Origin: Takakia lepidozioides
Lineage: Eukaryota > Plantae > Bryophyta
Length of the DNA: 64,000 nt
Direction: 5' to 3'
Assembly: GCA_030704615.1 (NCBI GenBank)
Contig: CM060734.1
Coordinates: 25,048,001-25,112,000 of the forward strand
Part shown: positions 22,988-36,300 of the stretch, one piece after another
Numbering within the stretch: position 1 is the first letter of the stretch
Layout: each line of letters starts with the position of its first letter
Notes under the pieces: generated by a model
Seen by the model: the letters and a program-made list of their open reading frames with translations, nothing else
Databases searched by the model: none
Told to the model about the DNA's origin: nothing
Position numbers and translations under genes: made by a program

Positions 22988-25900
22988 TCATCCCACGAAT
23001 TCTTGTTCCAAGGTCTGCAAATCAACAGTTCCATTGTCATGTACCTTTTTTATTTGAAATGGTCCCATCCATGGCATTTTCAATTTTCCTCCCAATTTGA
23101 TCTTCTTGATTTTTGGTAACCATAAAACAATGTCTCCGTCCTGGAAAGATTTTTCTTTCCCTTCAGATATTCTTTTTCTTCGTTGTTCTTGAATTCGTGC
23201 CATGTTATCGGCGGCGTCTGCCCGAACTTCTTCCAGATTAAATAACTCATATTCCCTGACTCGTAAAGATTCCTCTAAACCTCATCGTTCATGAGTTCTG
23301 GTTCGTAGTGTGGGTATCATACATTCAATGGGTAATAGTGCCTCTGCTCCATACACCAATTGAAATGGTGTATGTTTCGTGGTCACCTTGTATGATGTCC
23401 TGAATGCCCATAGTGTTGTGTTCATTTTGGTGCCACCAATCTGTCCCATTTACTATCTTGGTTAAGATAGTGCATAATATCTTGTTGGTAGATTCGGCCT
23501 GGCCATTTCCTTGGGGATAGTAAGCAATACTCTTGTGATGTACGATCATGAATTCCTCCGTCAAGCATTTTATGGCATCATTTATAAAATGTGATCCTTG
23601 ATCACTGACGAATTCCAGTGGGCAACCAAATCATGTGATGATGTTTTCACATAAGAATTTGGCTGCCGATCTGGCAGTGTTGTCTCTGAGTGCCTTGGTC
23701 TCTACCCATTTGGTAGTGTAGTCAGTGGCTGTGAGGATGTATTGGTTCTGTGTGTACCTTACTGGAGGTTTAATGTGCCCCACGAAGTCTATCCCCCAGC
23801 GTTGAAATGGTTCTGTTGGTAGTGTTGGGTGCATAGCACCCTTCCCAGTTCGTTCTACTGGTCCCATCCTTTGGCAAACATCACACCGTTGACAATGTTT
23901 ATAAGTGTCTCCAAATACAGTAGGCCACCAGTAACCTGCTAATAATATCTTCTTTGTTGTCAGGTCCGAACTGAAGTGTCCTCCTGCAATTCCTTCGTGT
24001 AGCTCTTGCATCACTGTTTTGGCTTGTTCTTTGTTCACACATCTTCTCATTATGGAGTCAATTCCTCTTTTGTACAGAATCCCCTTGATTACTGTGTATG
24101 GCTTGCTTTTCATTGAAAGCTTTCTCCTGTCATCTTTGGTGTAGTCTTCAGGAAATTTCCCTGTGTTCAGATAGTATTTGATTGGCCATTGCCAATCGTC
24201 TTGATCTTGATTCTGAATGTCTTCTGATTCTTCCTTGGTAACTGTATAAGCTCTAATACTGATATTGGCCAACTCTTGATTGTCTGTTTCTTCGTTTTCC
24301 TTGTCATCTTCTTTTTTCTGGATTTGGCTCTTCCTCAATAATAAGTCCTTCATCAAGAGGTTCATCTTCATCTGATGAGTCCTCTTCTTCATCAGTGTCA
24401 TCCATGAGTTTAAGAGAATCTGGAAGGTCATAGTCTCCTTGAAACACTCCCAGAGCGTCTAGAGGATCTGTCTCTTCATCTTGTGTTTCTGGTTGAGCAG
24501 CAAATAGAAATGCGTCGGGAAGTTGATCCTCTACCCCCATGGCTAGTTCTCCTGTAGTAATTCTTGACAAGTGATCCGCTGTAACATGTAATCTTCCTGG
24601 TTTATGAACAACTTCAAAATCATACTCATGAAGAAGTAATAACCATCGAGCAACCCTGCCACTAGCTAGTGGTCGATTTGCTAAATGAACTAGAGCCTGA
24701 TGATCAACAATAAACTTAAAGCGATTGCCAAGTAAATAATGCCAAAACTTTTGAACAGCATAAATCATTGCCAATGCTTCCCTTTCCGTGGTGCTATAGT
24801 TCTTCTCAACTGCTGTCAGCAATCTGCTTGCATAATAGATTGGTGAATCTATTGTGCCCGTTACATTCTGAGCTAGAACTACCCCCAAAGCAATGCCTGA
24901 TGCATCACTGTGTACATGAAATGGTAAATCCCATCTTGGATTTATCAGAATTGGTGCTGCTGTGAGTGCCCTTTTTAGTGAATCAAATGATTCCTGGCAA
25001 GCTGGAGACCATCGGTATTTGGCATCTTGCTTCAGCAGTCTATAGACTGGTGCCGCTCTGTGAGCATTTTTGTCCATGTACCTCATGTAATAGCTTGTCT
25101 GTCCCAGAAATCTCTTGAGTTTCTTGGGATTTTCTGGTGGTGGTATTTTCTGGATAACCTCCACTTTCTTTGGATCCACCAAAATTCCCTGTTGGCACAC
25201 AATGTGTCCCAACAATAATCCTGAATTCACACAAAATGTACATTTTTCCGGATTGAGACTTACTCCATTGTTTCTGCAGGCTTGTAGGCAAAGTTTTAAC
25301 TGTGCCAAGTGTTTGGATTTCTGTCCGAAGACACTAAAATCATCCCAAAATACCTGCATAAAATCGTTGAGATAATTCTTGAATATCTCGGATACTGCTC
25401 GCTGAAACATGGCTGGTGCATTGCAAAGTCCAAATGGCATGACTTTGTAAGCATAGGCTCCCCATTCAGTGATGAATGCGGTCTTTTCTTGGTCTTCTTC
25501 TGCCATTTGCACCTGGTTGTACCCACTGAACCCATCCATGAATGAGTACATCTCATGTCCTGCCACTGTGTCCAACACTCTTTCGGTGAAAAGGTAGTGG
25601 AAAGGGGTCTTTCTTGGTTCCTGCGTTTAACTTGCGGTAGTCCACACATACTCGTAATTTTCCATTTTTCTTGGGTACTATCACAATGGGTGATAACCAT
25701 TATGGTGTCTCTACTGGGTATATGAATCCTGCATCTAGTAATTTCTTGATTTCTTCCCAAACTTTAGCTGCATAGTTGGGGTTCATTCTGTAACAGTTCT
25801 GACGAATTGGTTTTGTGACAACTTCCAATTCAATTTGGTGCTGACAGATGTTGGAAGGTATACCCTTCAAATCTTTGTAGTTCCAGGCAAATACATCCTT

Positions 25901-28050
25901 GTATTCAGTGAATAATGCAGTGGCTTCTTGTAGAAATGATTCTTCAAGACCTACACTTACTCGTATTATCTGTGGTTCTTCCACTGTTCCCAGATTCACT
26001 TGAATCAATTGAGTTTCTTCCGTTACTGTCCATCCTGCAATCTCTTGTCCGATGGTTGCAATCGTGGCAGGTACTTCACTGATTTTAATGTCCTCTTCCC
26101 TTTCTTGATAAAAACGGGCAGGGTGTTGAGGTGTGTCCATAGCTTCTTCCTCCGGATCTTCCGTTCTCGGAGTATTCGGTTCTCCTTGGGTGTTCACCAT
26201 GTGACATCCTACTGTTGTGGTATGTTTGACCACTAATTGCAAGGTCGTTTCTCTCGTGGAATGGTCCCTCGTTGCTTCGTAGTGATAGTGACTTGTTCTG
26301 ATCCTTTTTTGATCGTGAGAGTCTGACTTCCCCAATCGTGGTGTGATTGGGCTTGTGTAAACCATGGTCGGCCAAGTAGTAGTGAATATCCTTCTGCCAC
26401 ATCCTCCATTCTGAGAATGGTTATTAATACTTCGTATACTAGTCCTGCTACTTCCATTGCAAGTCGTCTGATGATACCCAATGGTTGCACTTTTCGTTGA
26501 TCGGCCATTTGTACCGTGAATGGAGCAGGTTCCATGTGCCCCAATCCTAGGGACTTCTTCATCTTCTCTGTCATGATATTCACTCCGGATCCTCCATCGA
26601 TGAGTATATCCGTTACTAGCTTCCGTCCAATACGTACTTGTATTACAGGTATTGCTTCGTCTTAGTCTGGAGTTTGTTGTATAATTGTGGGTTTAATCGT
26701 GTAAACCTCTGGTGTTGGTTTTTGTTTTGGTGTGGGGGTCAATGCCTCAATTGCCCGAAATAATTCAATTGTTTGAGACTCAAGGGCATGAATCTATGGT
26801 GACGGATTTCTTCGACACCTACCTTTGCAGTGTGGAGCAATTTTTAATAATTGTCCAATGTTAATTTGGGTCTTGGTCTGGCAGATTACTTCAGCCAATT
26901 CTGTTTCCGTGGTTGCATTAGTGGTCTTCATCGTTGGTCTGATTTGATTATCTGGAGTTGGCTCTCCATATGGTATATGGGTTCCCTCTTGCATTTGAGC
27001 TATGGCTTTACTTACCTCTTGGTGTAAGCTCTTTTCTTCCTGCCATGCTGCCCTTTCTGGATATTGTTTTCGTTCTTCTTCAATCTCCTTATCTGGAGGT
27101 TTATTGGCCTGAGTTCGGGTTACCGCAAGGGTATCCACTACAGGAGTTACCACACTCACGGCTACACTCGGTCCGGCTTCCATATTTCCCACTTCTGCCT
27201 CATGCTTGATTCGCAACTGACATTCATGTTTCCGGTGTCTCTTTTTCTTGCAATAGTGACATCTCGTGATTTCTTTGTTTTTGGGTTGATGTTCTCTATC
27301 CCGTGGTGGATAGTCATCTCGTGGTCTCTGATAACGATTACCCATATTGTATCGTCTTGGTCCATCCGATCCTCCCCGTCGGATTTGGACTTGGTGTACC
27401 CCCACCTCTCGTGTGTACCCACTCTTCTTTGGCCCGTTGATTGTAAATACAATGGCTGGTATTATGATTGTTCATATGACAAATATCACAGTATTTGTCT
27501 TTCATGTGGCATTCTGTTGCCAAGTGTCCTGCAGTCCGCATTTGTGACACCATGTTGCCTTTCGTGGCCCTTCACCTTTAAAATTCTTGATAGCCTCTGC
27601 TATCTTCTGATCCAAAGTGGTTTTGTCAATCACTTCTTTCTTCTTTTGCTTGGGCTTTTCTTCATCATCAGAGTCTTCTTCTTCCAAGGGATCCTTGGAA
27701 TCTTTACTTTTGCTCTGATGAAATCCCAATTCCAATTTCTTTGCAGTCCCTACTGCTTCAGCCAAAGTGTTGTTAGGCATGACTGTAACCATGGTTACAT
27801 ATTCAGGACGAAGTCCGTTGATGAACCATGATTTTTGCAAGTAATCACCTGGTGCTTGAGGTAGCTTCCTGATCAGAGTCTTCATTCTCTCCAGGTAGTC
27901 GACTACCAATTCTTTCCTTTTCTGTCTCAGGTTTTGTAATCCTGTGAAGCTTTCAGACGTGGATTTGTTTAATCTATATCGTTCTTGAAATGCGGCTCTC
28001 ATATCCGCCCACTTTGCAAAGTGATTGGCTGGAAAGGTTGCCAACCATTG
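22988..28050 (-). pseudogene. gag-pol polyprotein (gag-PR-RT-RH-IN), frameshifted
   Basis: ORFs 27502-28044, 26794-27405, 26233-26583, 25700-26365, 24304-25578, 23631-24431, 23325-23564 and 22988-23203 carry successive domains. Confidence 0.92.
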
Positions 28051-29214
28051 GTGTTGGGATTGTCAAGGCTAGTGGTATTGTTGGTGTTTGTCTTCCAAAC
28101 AATGATTCAAAGCTAGGAGGTCTTTGTCCCAATGATAGCCGTCTTCCAGCTGCTGTCCCTACTAAGCTTAATGAATCTTTAAAAGCTTTGAGTGCAGTCC
28201 TGGTTATCCTTTCTGGAGAAGTAGTTTCACTTTTTTCCCCTTCTTCACTCAGAATATTCTCAAATCTTTCTTCCAATATTTCAGCAAAACCTCGATTTGG
28301 ACTTGTTACTGTAGAAGGTCCTTCAGATCTTTCTTGTGGTAACCATTCGCCAAGTGCATTACTTGCAACTCCTTCTAGTGTAGTGTTCCCACTTTTCAAA
28401 GATCCGATTTCCTGATCTTCTGGTTTATCACTGTCAATTTGTCTTGATGTCTCACCTTGAATAATATTCAAGTTTTGTAATTCTGGGAACTCTTTTCTCA
28501 ACCGAGCTTCCCTTTCTACAACATATTACTCTATTCTTTCAGCTCTGTCTTGCTTAGTTTTTTCCTTAATTTCCTCATTCATTCCCACATCATATACAGA
28601 ATTCCTTTTCAGTACCCTTTAATAAGCCTTGGTATGTCAGTAAAGAAAAATTATAGTGGTCTCTACCCTTTCTCCAAGATTTACACTATCTTGCCAGAAT
28701 CCGTATCACGACTTAATTTTCCTTTACTGATTGATCACCAATCTTTTAATGGGCACAATAATACCATTTGTCTTTCTCAGTATATCTTACTTGTAACAAG
28801 TCTTTGGGTATCCAGTACTCCACTGCTTCTATGATCATATGACAATATTCATAATTTGAACATCCTTCCCTGAAAATATAATTAGTGTAGCAAACTTTTC
28901 TGATTGGGATTAGAGTAATCAATAAAGCTAGATGAGACAACCATTCTTCACTTCTGTTTCTACATTCCCAAGGTACTCGGGTAATACTGATCACTCCTCC
29001 TTTTAATCCCCATTTGTCATCTTCTTTCACAATTGAAAGAAAGATCTTATGTTGTATTGCTATTGGTAAGCCATGAAATTTGTTCAGGAATGTTTTCCAT
29101 TCCTCTGCTTCCGTTGACTCCTTCTTTTGTGATTTCAAGAAATCACTGAGTAACCATCATTCCTTCAGTTCACTTGAACTCAACATACCATTAGTCCCCA
29201 GTATGGTCGCCAAA

Positions 29215-30085
29215 TGTTAACTGCCGGTTTATGACTTAGACAAAACAGGCTCTTAGCACTACTACCCATTTCCCAAGACATACAACGGAGGTTGTCCGAC
29301 GGTATGCTTTCAGAAACGATTACAAAGTAATCGTTTTAAGGATAGCTAAACCATGGCCGTCGTATGAATCAATATATCTACATGTTGCTTAATCCTATTG
29401 ATTAAGCCTAACCTACAGTCTCATTGGCCTAAAAGATCTTAGTCGGAAAGACTGAAGCCTCTTTGTTCATACAATCAGATGGTAGTCAAGACAAAACAAG
29501 AGCTATTATGAGATGATACACATTCTCACCATCTCACATTATCTCATAATATACATTCTCTCCATCTCACGTTCACTCTACACAGAGATACTTCGAATAG
29601 CATGGCTTTACTTCAGAGTTCATCACATCATAGCAGAAGTACACATCGAATCACTCTGAGTCCACTGAATACACACTGATCACTGATACCTTCTAAGTTG
29701 CGTGCAGCCCTTTTATACTATGCTCGAAAGAGCCGTTACAGCCTGCAGTCGTTAATGACCGTTTGCCTAACTGCCTACGCAACCTAAAGGGTTTGCTAAA
29801 AAATTGGCTCGTTGTAGTGGTCGTATGCCATAGTGGTACATGGTCCACTACTTCCTCTATTAGTAAAAGCCGATGCTAACATGGCCGTGTGATATCGTGG
29901 TTCACGGCCCACGATTGCTACACTACCCACTACTGCTCCCGTGTTAATGTACCATTGTTCCGCCATTTGCTAAGTACCGCGTACTTAGCCTTTTCTGCCC
30001 GTGACCAGGTAGTGTACACCAATCACCACTCGGTATGTCCCGTCGTGACCCTCGCTGTCTGACCCTTATAGCTTAGCCGTTATCA
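29215..30085 (-). repeat. 5' LTR (871 bp) of the non-chromoviral Gypsy element
   Basis: Reverse complement of 8399-9269 (about 95-97% identical by eye); TG...CA ends; followed by PBS. Confidence 0.93.
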
Positions 30086-31790
30086 GATACTACCAATGTG
30101 ACAACAGGAAAGTATCCAGAAATAGGTAACAGCTGAGACGAGGAGAAGCTGTGGAATGAATACTTTTCTGACCCCAGTCAATGGTGGGACAATCGAGGCA
30201 AGAAGGTGAATGTCTGTTGGATTATAGAGAGTAGTAGATGCGAACAAGTGTGATAAGTTGAGTTGGGTGTTTCCTAGAACAAATCTAGGTTGTCATCGTC
30301 AGCTGCTAGCAGCAAGACAAATATGTATGCATGATTTGTGCAAAGGCATGGATAGCTGAAGGAGCAGGGAGATAGTGTGGGTGCAGATTCACCCAAGAGG
30401 GCCGGACTTCAAGCTCCAAAAGGTGAGTGCAGGATCAGGTGGCTCAAAAACGGCAGATGTGACCTCCACGAAAGTCCCTGGGCAAATATTTAATCTATGT
30501 TTTTTGTTCAAATATATTTTTACATTGATAGATAATGATATGCCTAACATTGTTAGTAAAGGGATCCATCATAAATATTTGAGATATGTTTTATTAGAAA
30601 TATTATTCCATAATTTAAAAAATAACTAATTTGTAGGTCCCCAATTATATAGGACATTTGTCGATCTAGTTATAAGAACTTGTAGATAATGACAATATTT
30701 ATATTGTCATTGAAGAGTTCTACCCAAATATGATTTTTTTGAACACCATGAGCTTTTGAAATTTTGGGTATATCTAGCGATATGTAAAAGTTCATAGTAC
30801 ACTAACAAATGAATGAAATTGTCTACAAGTTCATCCATGTCTCTTATTCCTCAAAGGTAATCTATAATCGAAGTCCATATGTAAAATGGCTAAGTGCAAG
30901 TTAGTGTTTGAGAGTCCAATTATGGACAAACTTGGAATGTTATAGCCGAGAGTGCAAGTCCTAAAAAGTCCATAGCTCCATGATAAATCATCTAACTTGC
31001 AAAATAATCATACCAACATGTAGATATGGTAGATGATTAGCAACATTCAATCTCATTTGGGATGAAGATAAACTTATTTGCACAGTGTTACAGATAATAT
31101 GAAGAGCACTCAATGAAAAACTGCAGTGTGACGTCCAAACTGAGCCACCTTAGCCTGCCTCACCCCAGATTAACTATGATTCCATGTGGATCAATAGCTA
31201 CAAGAAACCTGCATGGGTAGATGGTCAACTGGCAGGCGCAGCGCACAATTGATAAAATCAGACACTGCTAATGAAGGCATCTTCTTCAGTACATTTCACC
31301 CTGTTTTTTCCCTCTTATCAGAAATTTCCATGTTGAATTCTGCAAGTGAGCTGGTTGAGTGATCTAGTTTGGAGTGACTTTGACATGATACTGCCAATGT
31401 GACAATAGGAAAGTATCAAAAAACAAGTAACAGAGATGAGGAGAAGCTGTGGAATGAATACTTTTTTGACCCCAGTCAATGATGGGACAACCGAGGCAAA
31501 AAAATGAATACCTGTTGGATTATAGAGAGTAACAAACGCAATTCAACATAGGAACTAGTGTGATAAGCTGAGTTGGGTGTTTCCTAGAACAAATATAGGC
31601 TGTCATTGTCAGCTATTAGCAGCAAGGCAAGGATGAATGCATGTGTTGTGCAGAGGGATGGATAGCTGAAGGAGGCCTGATAGAGTGTGGGTCCAGATTC
31701 ATCCAAGAGGGCCAAATTTCAAGCACACGATTACCTATGATTCCCTGTGGATCAATAGCTACAAGAAACCTGCATGGGTAGATGGTCTAT
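30086..31790 (+). repeat. About 1.7 tandem copies of the ~555-bp exon/intron-like repeat, interrupted by a MITE-like element
   Basis: GATACT(A/G)CCAATGTGACAA at 30086 and 31387; same motifs as at 2085-2570 and 11.1-13.9 kb. Confidence 0.85.
30422..31164. mobile_element. Non-autonomous AT-rich TIR element (MITE-like, ~743 bp)
   Basis: Imperfect inverted termini GGTGAGTGCAGGATCAGGTGGCTCA / TGAGCCACCTTAGCCTGCCTCACC; interrupts the repeat at TTCAAGCTCCA|GATT; no ORF. Confidence 0.75.
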
Positions 31791-33375
31791 TTCGTGGGAC
31801 TCAATCTGTCACTAAAGTCTTGCATTATGAGGATCAGAAATGCTTGGCAGCTTACCTGCATGAGGCCTTGACCCTTAGGCAATCCCCAGAGCAGCAGTAG
31901 CTTTTGGGCTACTTTTGTACTTTGGTCTTGTCTCATCTCTCTTGTTTTTTTCCATTTTGTCCCATAAGCTCTTTGAGCTTTCCGCACAGGTAATAAAGTA
32001 CCATTTTGTTTCATTTCATTTCGTTTTGTTTCATGGCATGTCTTTCATCGATTTCGCAATTCTAATGACATGATTAATTCTCTTGTATGGCATTACATAC
32101 GTATGTACTAGTCGGCTCACTACAAACACCAAAACTTCAAAGCATAAACCACTATGAATGATTGTTCAAGTAATTTCGAGCAATTCATTTAAAGTAGTAA
32201 ACCAGTGGTTGCGCCGACTTCCGCAGTCGCAGTTGCCATTGGGCATGTAGCACTGCAAATTATGTGGTCGACTACCACGTGGCAGCAGTGCTGCTCGTCG
32301 TGGCACCGCCACATCGGTGTCCACGTCGGCATCCACGTCCGCGTCCATGTGTCACCGCGGTCCGGTGAGTCATTCCACTCATGCGAAGGGGAAAGTCAAA
32401 GTCAGCCCAAAAGGTCAGACACACGGACGGCTCGCCTGGTTACGCCACATGGTTCTTCAGCAATAATCGTTGAGCAGTCGTTCATGCGTTTGCATCCGTT
32501 ACCACTTCTATCATTGGATGTCCGATCCAACTTCCATGTCTGTTGTAACTAGTCGTTTACTAATTCCAGTGGATCCCGGTTTTTTGACTTTTTCGACTCA
32601 AAGTGAGTCGTTTCCCGAGTCGTAAAGGACGGATTTTCTTCTAGTGGGTTACTCGGTCTGCTATTTCAAACGAGGTTAGCTCCCTCTGGCTCATGCAGCT
32701 TTGCTGTCATGGCCGTGAGCTCGACTCTTGTCCCCCCCTTTGGCTTCCTCCTGAACTAGTAGGCTTACTTAGACTCCTCCGTCTTGCTGGTTTCTACCTT
32801 CGCCTTCTTGGGATAGTGTCTCTCATTTCCTTCAGGTACATGTGGTACGTAACTAGGTTGGTGAGCGAGCGGTGTCATTCCCCTCAAATGAGCGCTCTCA
32901 GCTCCTGTTGAACCCACACTCCTGGTCGTAGACTTGTCTCCATAGGGTTAGCGTCCAACAGTACCCCTTCCTCTGGTTCTATCCTCAGAACCCTTTGTTC
33001 TTGGCCAAACAAGACCTCCAATTCCCTCCATCACGGGGCTTAACCCATAGCACGTCAATTGGGAGGTAACACAGTACGTATGTCTCTCCGAAATATGGGT
33101 GCTAACAATGCTCAGTATGCGACAAACACTCCTTGTGGATGAAGCAAATGAAATGAATATGTATTATTGGCGTTAGTGCATAATTCACTGCAGGAGCACC
33201 TCTCGCCGCCGCTCCCACAACATCAATCCGTCCACGTTGATCACTCGGTGTCGCAAGTACCAAGTCTTGGAACCTCCGTGTCGCGCACCTCACTTCGGTA
33301 AACTCCCCTTCAAGTCATAGTTACTCGCTTTGATGTACGCCTAACTCCCAAACTGGCCGTCGAGCTAACTCGGAG

Positions 33376-36300
33376 TGTCGCGCACCTCACTTCGATAAGC
33401 TCCCCTTCAAGTCATAGTTACTCGCTTTGATGCGCGCGCCTGACTCCCAACCTGGCCGCCCGGGCCAACTTGGAGCTTCGGCTGCTCACCGGGACATAAC
33501 GGTCCCCCTTCGCTTCCCACTAAACCCTCCACCTATTTGGGACTAGGAGAATTCCCTTTGGTAGATGGCAGTCCGGAACAACTCCCCACTCTTTGGTCGC
33601 TTTCCGGCTCGCTCGCTTACTCACTAGTTTTTGGTCACCAACGGGCTTGCACCGTTCTCGGGGTCACTATTCCCCTTATATATACTTCTGTAGCTGTCCG
33701 CGGGGGTTTCACAACCAGCCATGCCATTTTATGGCGAACCACCACGAAAACCCTCGACTCCCGGTGATGAGTCGCGGTGAGTCTTGGCCCACTCACTACG
33801 GCCCCTATGGACCGTGATGAGTCCCAAGACTCCCCACGACTCCCACCACGAGGTCTCCGCCCCCATGGTGAGTCCTATGCCACCCCCACTAAGTCCCGCT
33901 AAGCTACCACCACCCCTTGTGGAGCCACCCCCACCGCAACCCGGTGTGTGGGGCTCCACCTAGTGAGCGCCTCCGCCTCCTTGGGTGCCTTGGGCACTCA
34001 AGGGTGCTTCAGCCCCCCATACCTATCGCTGCCGCTGCCCCCACCACAGGGGCAACCCCTCATGTGTCCCGACCCCCTTGCCCTCAAGGCAAAGGGCCGC
34101 GACACACACCCCTACCAACAGGGAGTCGATGTCCTCATCGACTTGTTCATTTTGTAGAAACGAACATCCAAGTTGTGGCGTCCCACATCAAGGAGTTTGT
34201 TTCCGTACCATGGCGTCCCATGGCAAAGAACCAAACCCCACACTTGACTCTACTCTCCACTAGCTAGTTCGGCCGACTTCCTCCAAGTCCCGGCCAAAGG
34301 TGGAGCCTCTCCAGCTCCTCCCAGTGCACTCTTCTTGGCCTACTTCAAGGCCAAGGAACGATCCTCCCCGAGGATCGAATCGCCTTACTGCAACAACATT
34401 GCTTGCGACTGCTCGTGATGCCGCTTTGGGCATCACCTTGAGCAAGGGTTCACCTGAACCTCTTTGACTAGGAAGATAACCTTGAACCAACCGTGCGCCC
34501 CAATCACTACAATTGGGTCCGCCTTGGAATGCTGGCCTGAGGTACGGGAACATGTCGAAGCCGCACTACGACTTCGTCCCGAGGCTACACGATTATAGTA
34601 CGTGAACGGAAGCACGTAGCTTCCGCGTTAGCCCGCACTACAAGGCAACCACCTCGGTAGCGCAGTTATAGTACGCGCACGCGACAGGTGCGCACTAGCA
34701 CGTGAACTCCCAAAGAAGGCGCATGTTTCTTTGCCCCTTGGATGGGAGTCACCCGGTTTCGGCACTGCGCAAACACACGATTAACCCAATTTACCTCTCC
34801 CACTTTTGTAAGCTAGCATGCATTCTACACACTAGCCAACCACACCATGCATCACCATTCCAAACACAATAGGACGCACAATATTTGGAACCCATTTCCT
34901 TTATAACAAATTTTTGTACAATACAAGTTTTTGCAATCGGATTCCTGAGCTAGTTAAACCGGGCTAAGCATGCATTTCCTCCCCCACGCTCCAAGGTTGA
35001 TGTCCCCATCAATGTTTCTTCCGCTTTTGAGGTCGCCCTTCGAACGCGCAAACTGCCTCCTCGGATGCGTTTCCCATTTCTGAGGCACGCACCCAAGATG
35101 CCTCCACATGATGATAGCCCTTCCATTTCACGAGATACTCCGTTTCTCAGTTCTTGAACCTCCTCGACTTAAGTACTGCCTCCACCTCGTACTCAGGTTC
35201 ATTTTCATGATCCAATAGCATAGGTGGCGGACGCAACACTTGATGCCGATTCGGACGCGCTTCATCTTTGAAGTAAGGCTTCAAAAGGGATACATGGAAT
35301 ACTGGGTGCACCTTACTGTTTGCCGGCAGCTCCAATTCATACACATCCTCATTCATAACCTTCCGAATGCGAAAGGGTCCCGCATACGGAGGTACGAACT
35401 TCGGACTCACTTCCGGAGGTAGTCGGAAATTCTTGATGTTCAACCAGACCTCTGTGCCTGCCTCAAACTTCACTTCCCTCCGCTTCTGATTCGCCTGCCT
35501 TTCATATTGTTTCCTAGCTTTGGCAATATTGTACTTTGCGAGCTTCAACAAACGCTCGCGTTCTTCCAGTACCTCCGCTACTGCCGGTTCCTCAACGTCC
35601 TGGGCGGCCCAACTTGTCGGCACCAGAGGTGCTTTTCCATAGACCAATACGAAAGGGGAAACTCTCCGCTGCGGAGTGTTTGTGTTATTATAACAGAACT
35701 CTGCCGCGTCTAAGTGTTCCATCCAGTCTGATTGGTCTGCCGACACGTAATTCCGCAAGAATTGCTTCACTACGGAATTCACTCTTTCCGTTTGGCCGTC
35801 CGTCGTAGGTCGGAAGGCGGTGCTCATCTTCAGCCTCGTCCCCATCTTCTTCCAAAGTGTCCTCCAAAATTTACTGGTAAACTTTGGATCGCGGTCCGAG
35901 ACAATATCCTTAGGGACTCCATGATGCTTTAAGACGTTGGCAAAGTAAAGTCGCCCTGTCTCCTGCGCCGTTGCCGTCTCCTTGGTGGGGATGAAATGGC
36001 CCATTTTACTGAACCTATCCACCACCACCATGATTGCATCGAATCCTTTTGACAGCGGCATAGCAGTCATGAAATCCATCGAGACGCTTTCCCAAGTCCC
36101 CTCTGGAATCGGCAAGGGTTGTAACAGCCCCGCTTGCTTTTTGTACTCGCTCCGGTTTTGTTGGCATGTGGTGCATGTCTTGACATACTCCTCTGCCTCC
36201 TCCCTCAGTTTGGGCCAGAAATACTCTTTCTTCAAGAGTGCCGCAGTGCGCTTGGCTCCGCCGTGGCCCGCAAGCGGGCTATCATGGCATTCTCTCAAGA

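Larger units (their letters stand above)
19080..30085 (-). mobile_element. Non-chromoviral Ty3/Gypsy LTR retrotransposon (Athila/Tat/Phygy-Selgy-like) with extra ORFs; 3' end interrupted by the P-like transposon
   Basis: 5' LTR 29215-30085; PBS-like TGGCGACCATACTGGGGA directly after it; gag, three CCHC knuckles, protease ILIDGGSGVN (~26600), RT (FMDGFSGYNQ, FWDD), RNase H (HSDAS, EREAL), integrase (GGHF..CDVCQ, WGIDF, GQAES, WMGPF). Confidence 0.93.

Noticed and set aside
8399-30085. Inverted 871-bp repeats as termini of a giant DIRS-like or foldback element
   Set aside because: They have TG...CA ends, a PBS and a PPT, with a DDE integrase and no tyrosine recombinase. They are ordinary LTRs whose orientation is explained by a local inversion. 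Flanking 5-mers (GTATC vs GCCAT) do not match, so a clean single insertion is not claimed either.
32118-32360. CACTACAAA start with CCACGT-rich subterminal-like motifs as the left end of the CACTA element
   Set aside because: No matching inverted right terminus or 3-bp TSD was found near the transposase fragment.
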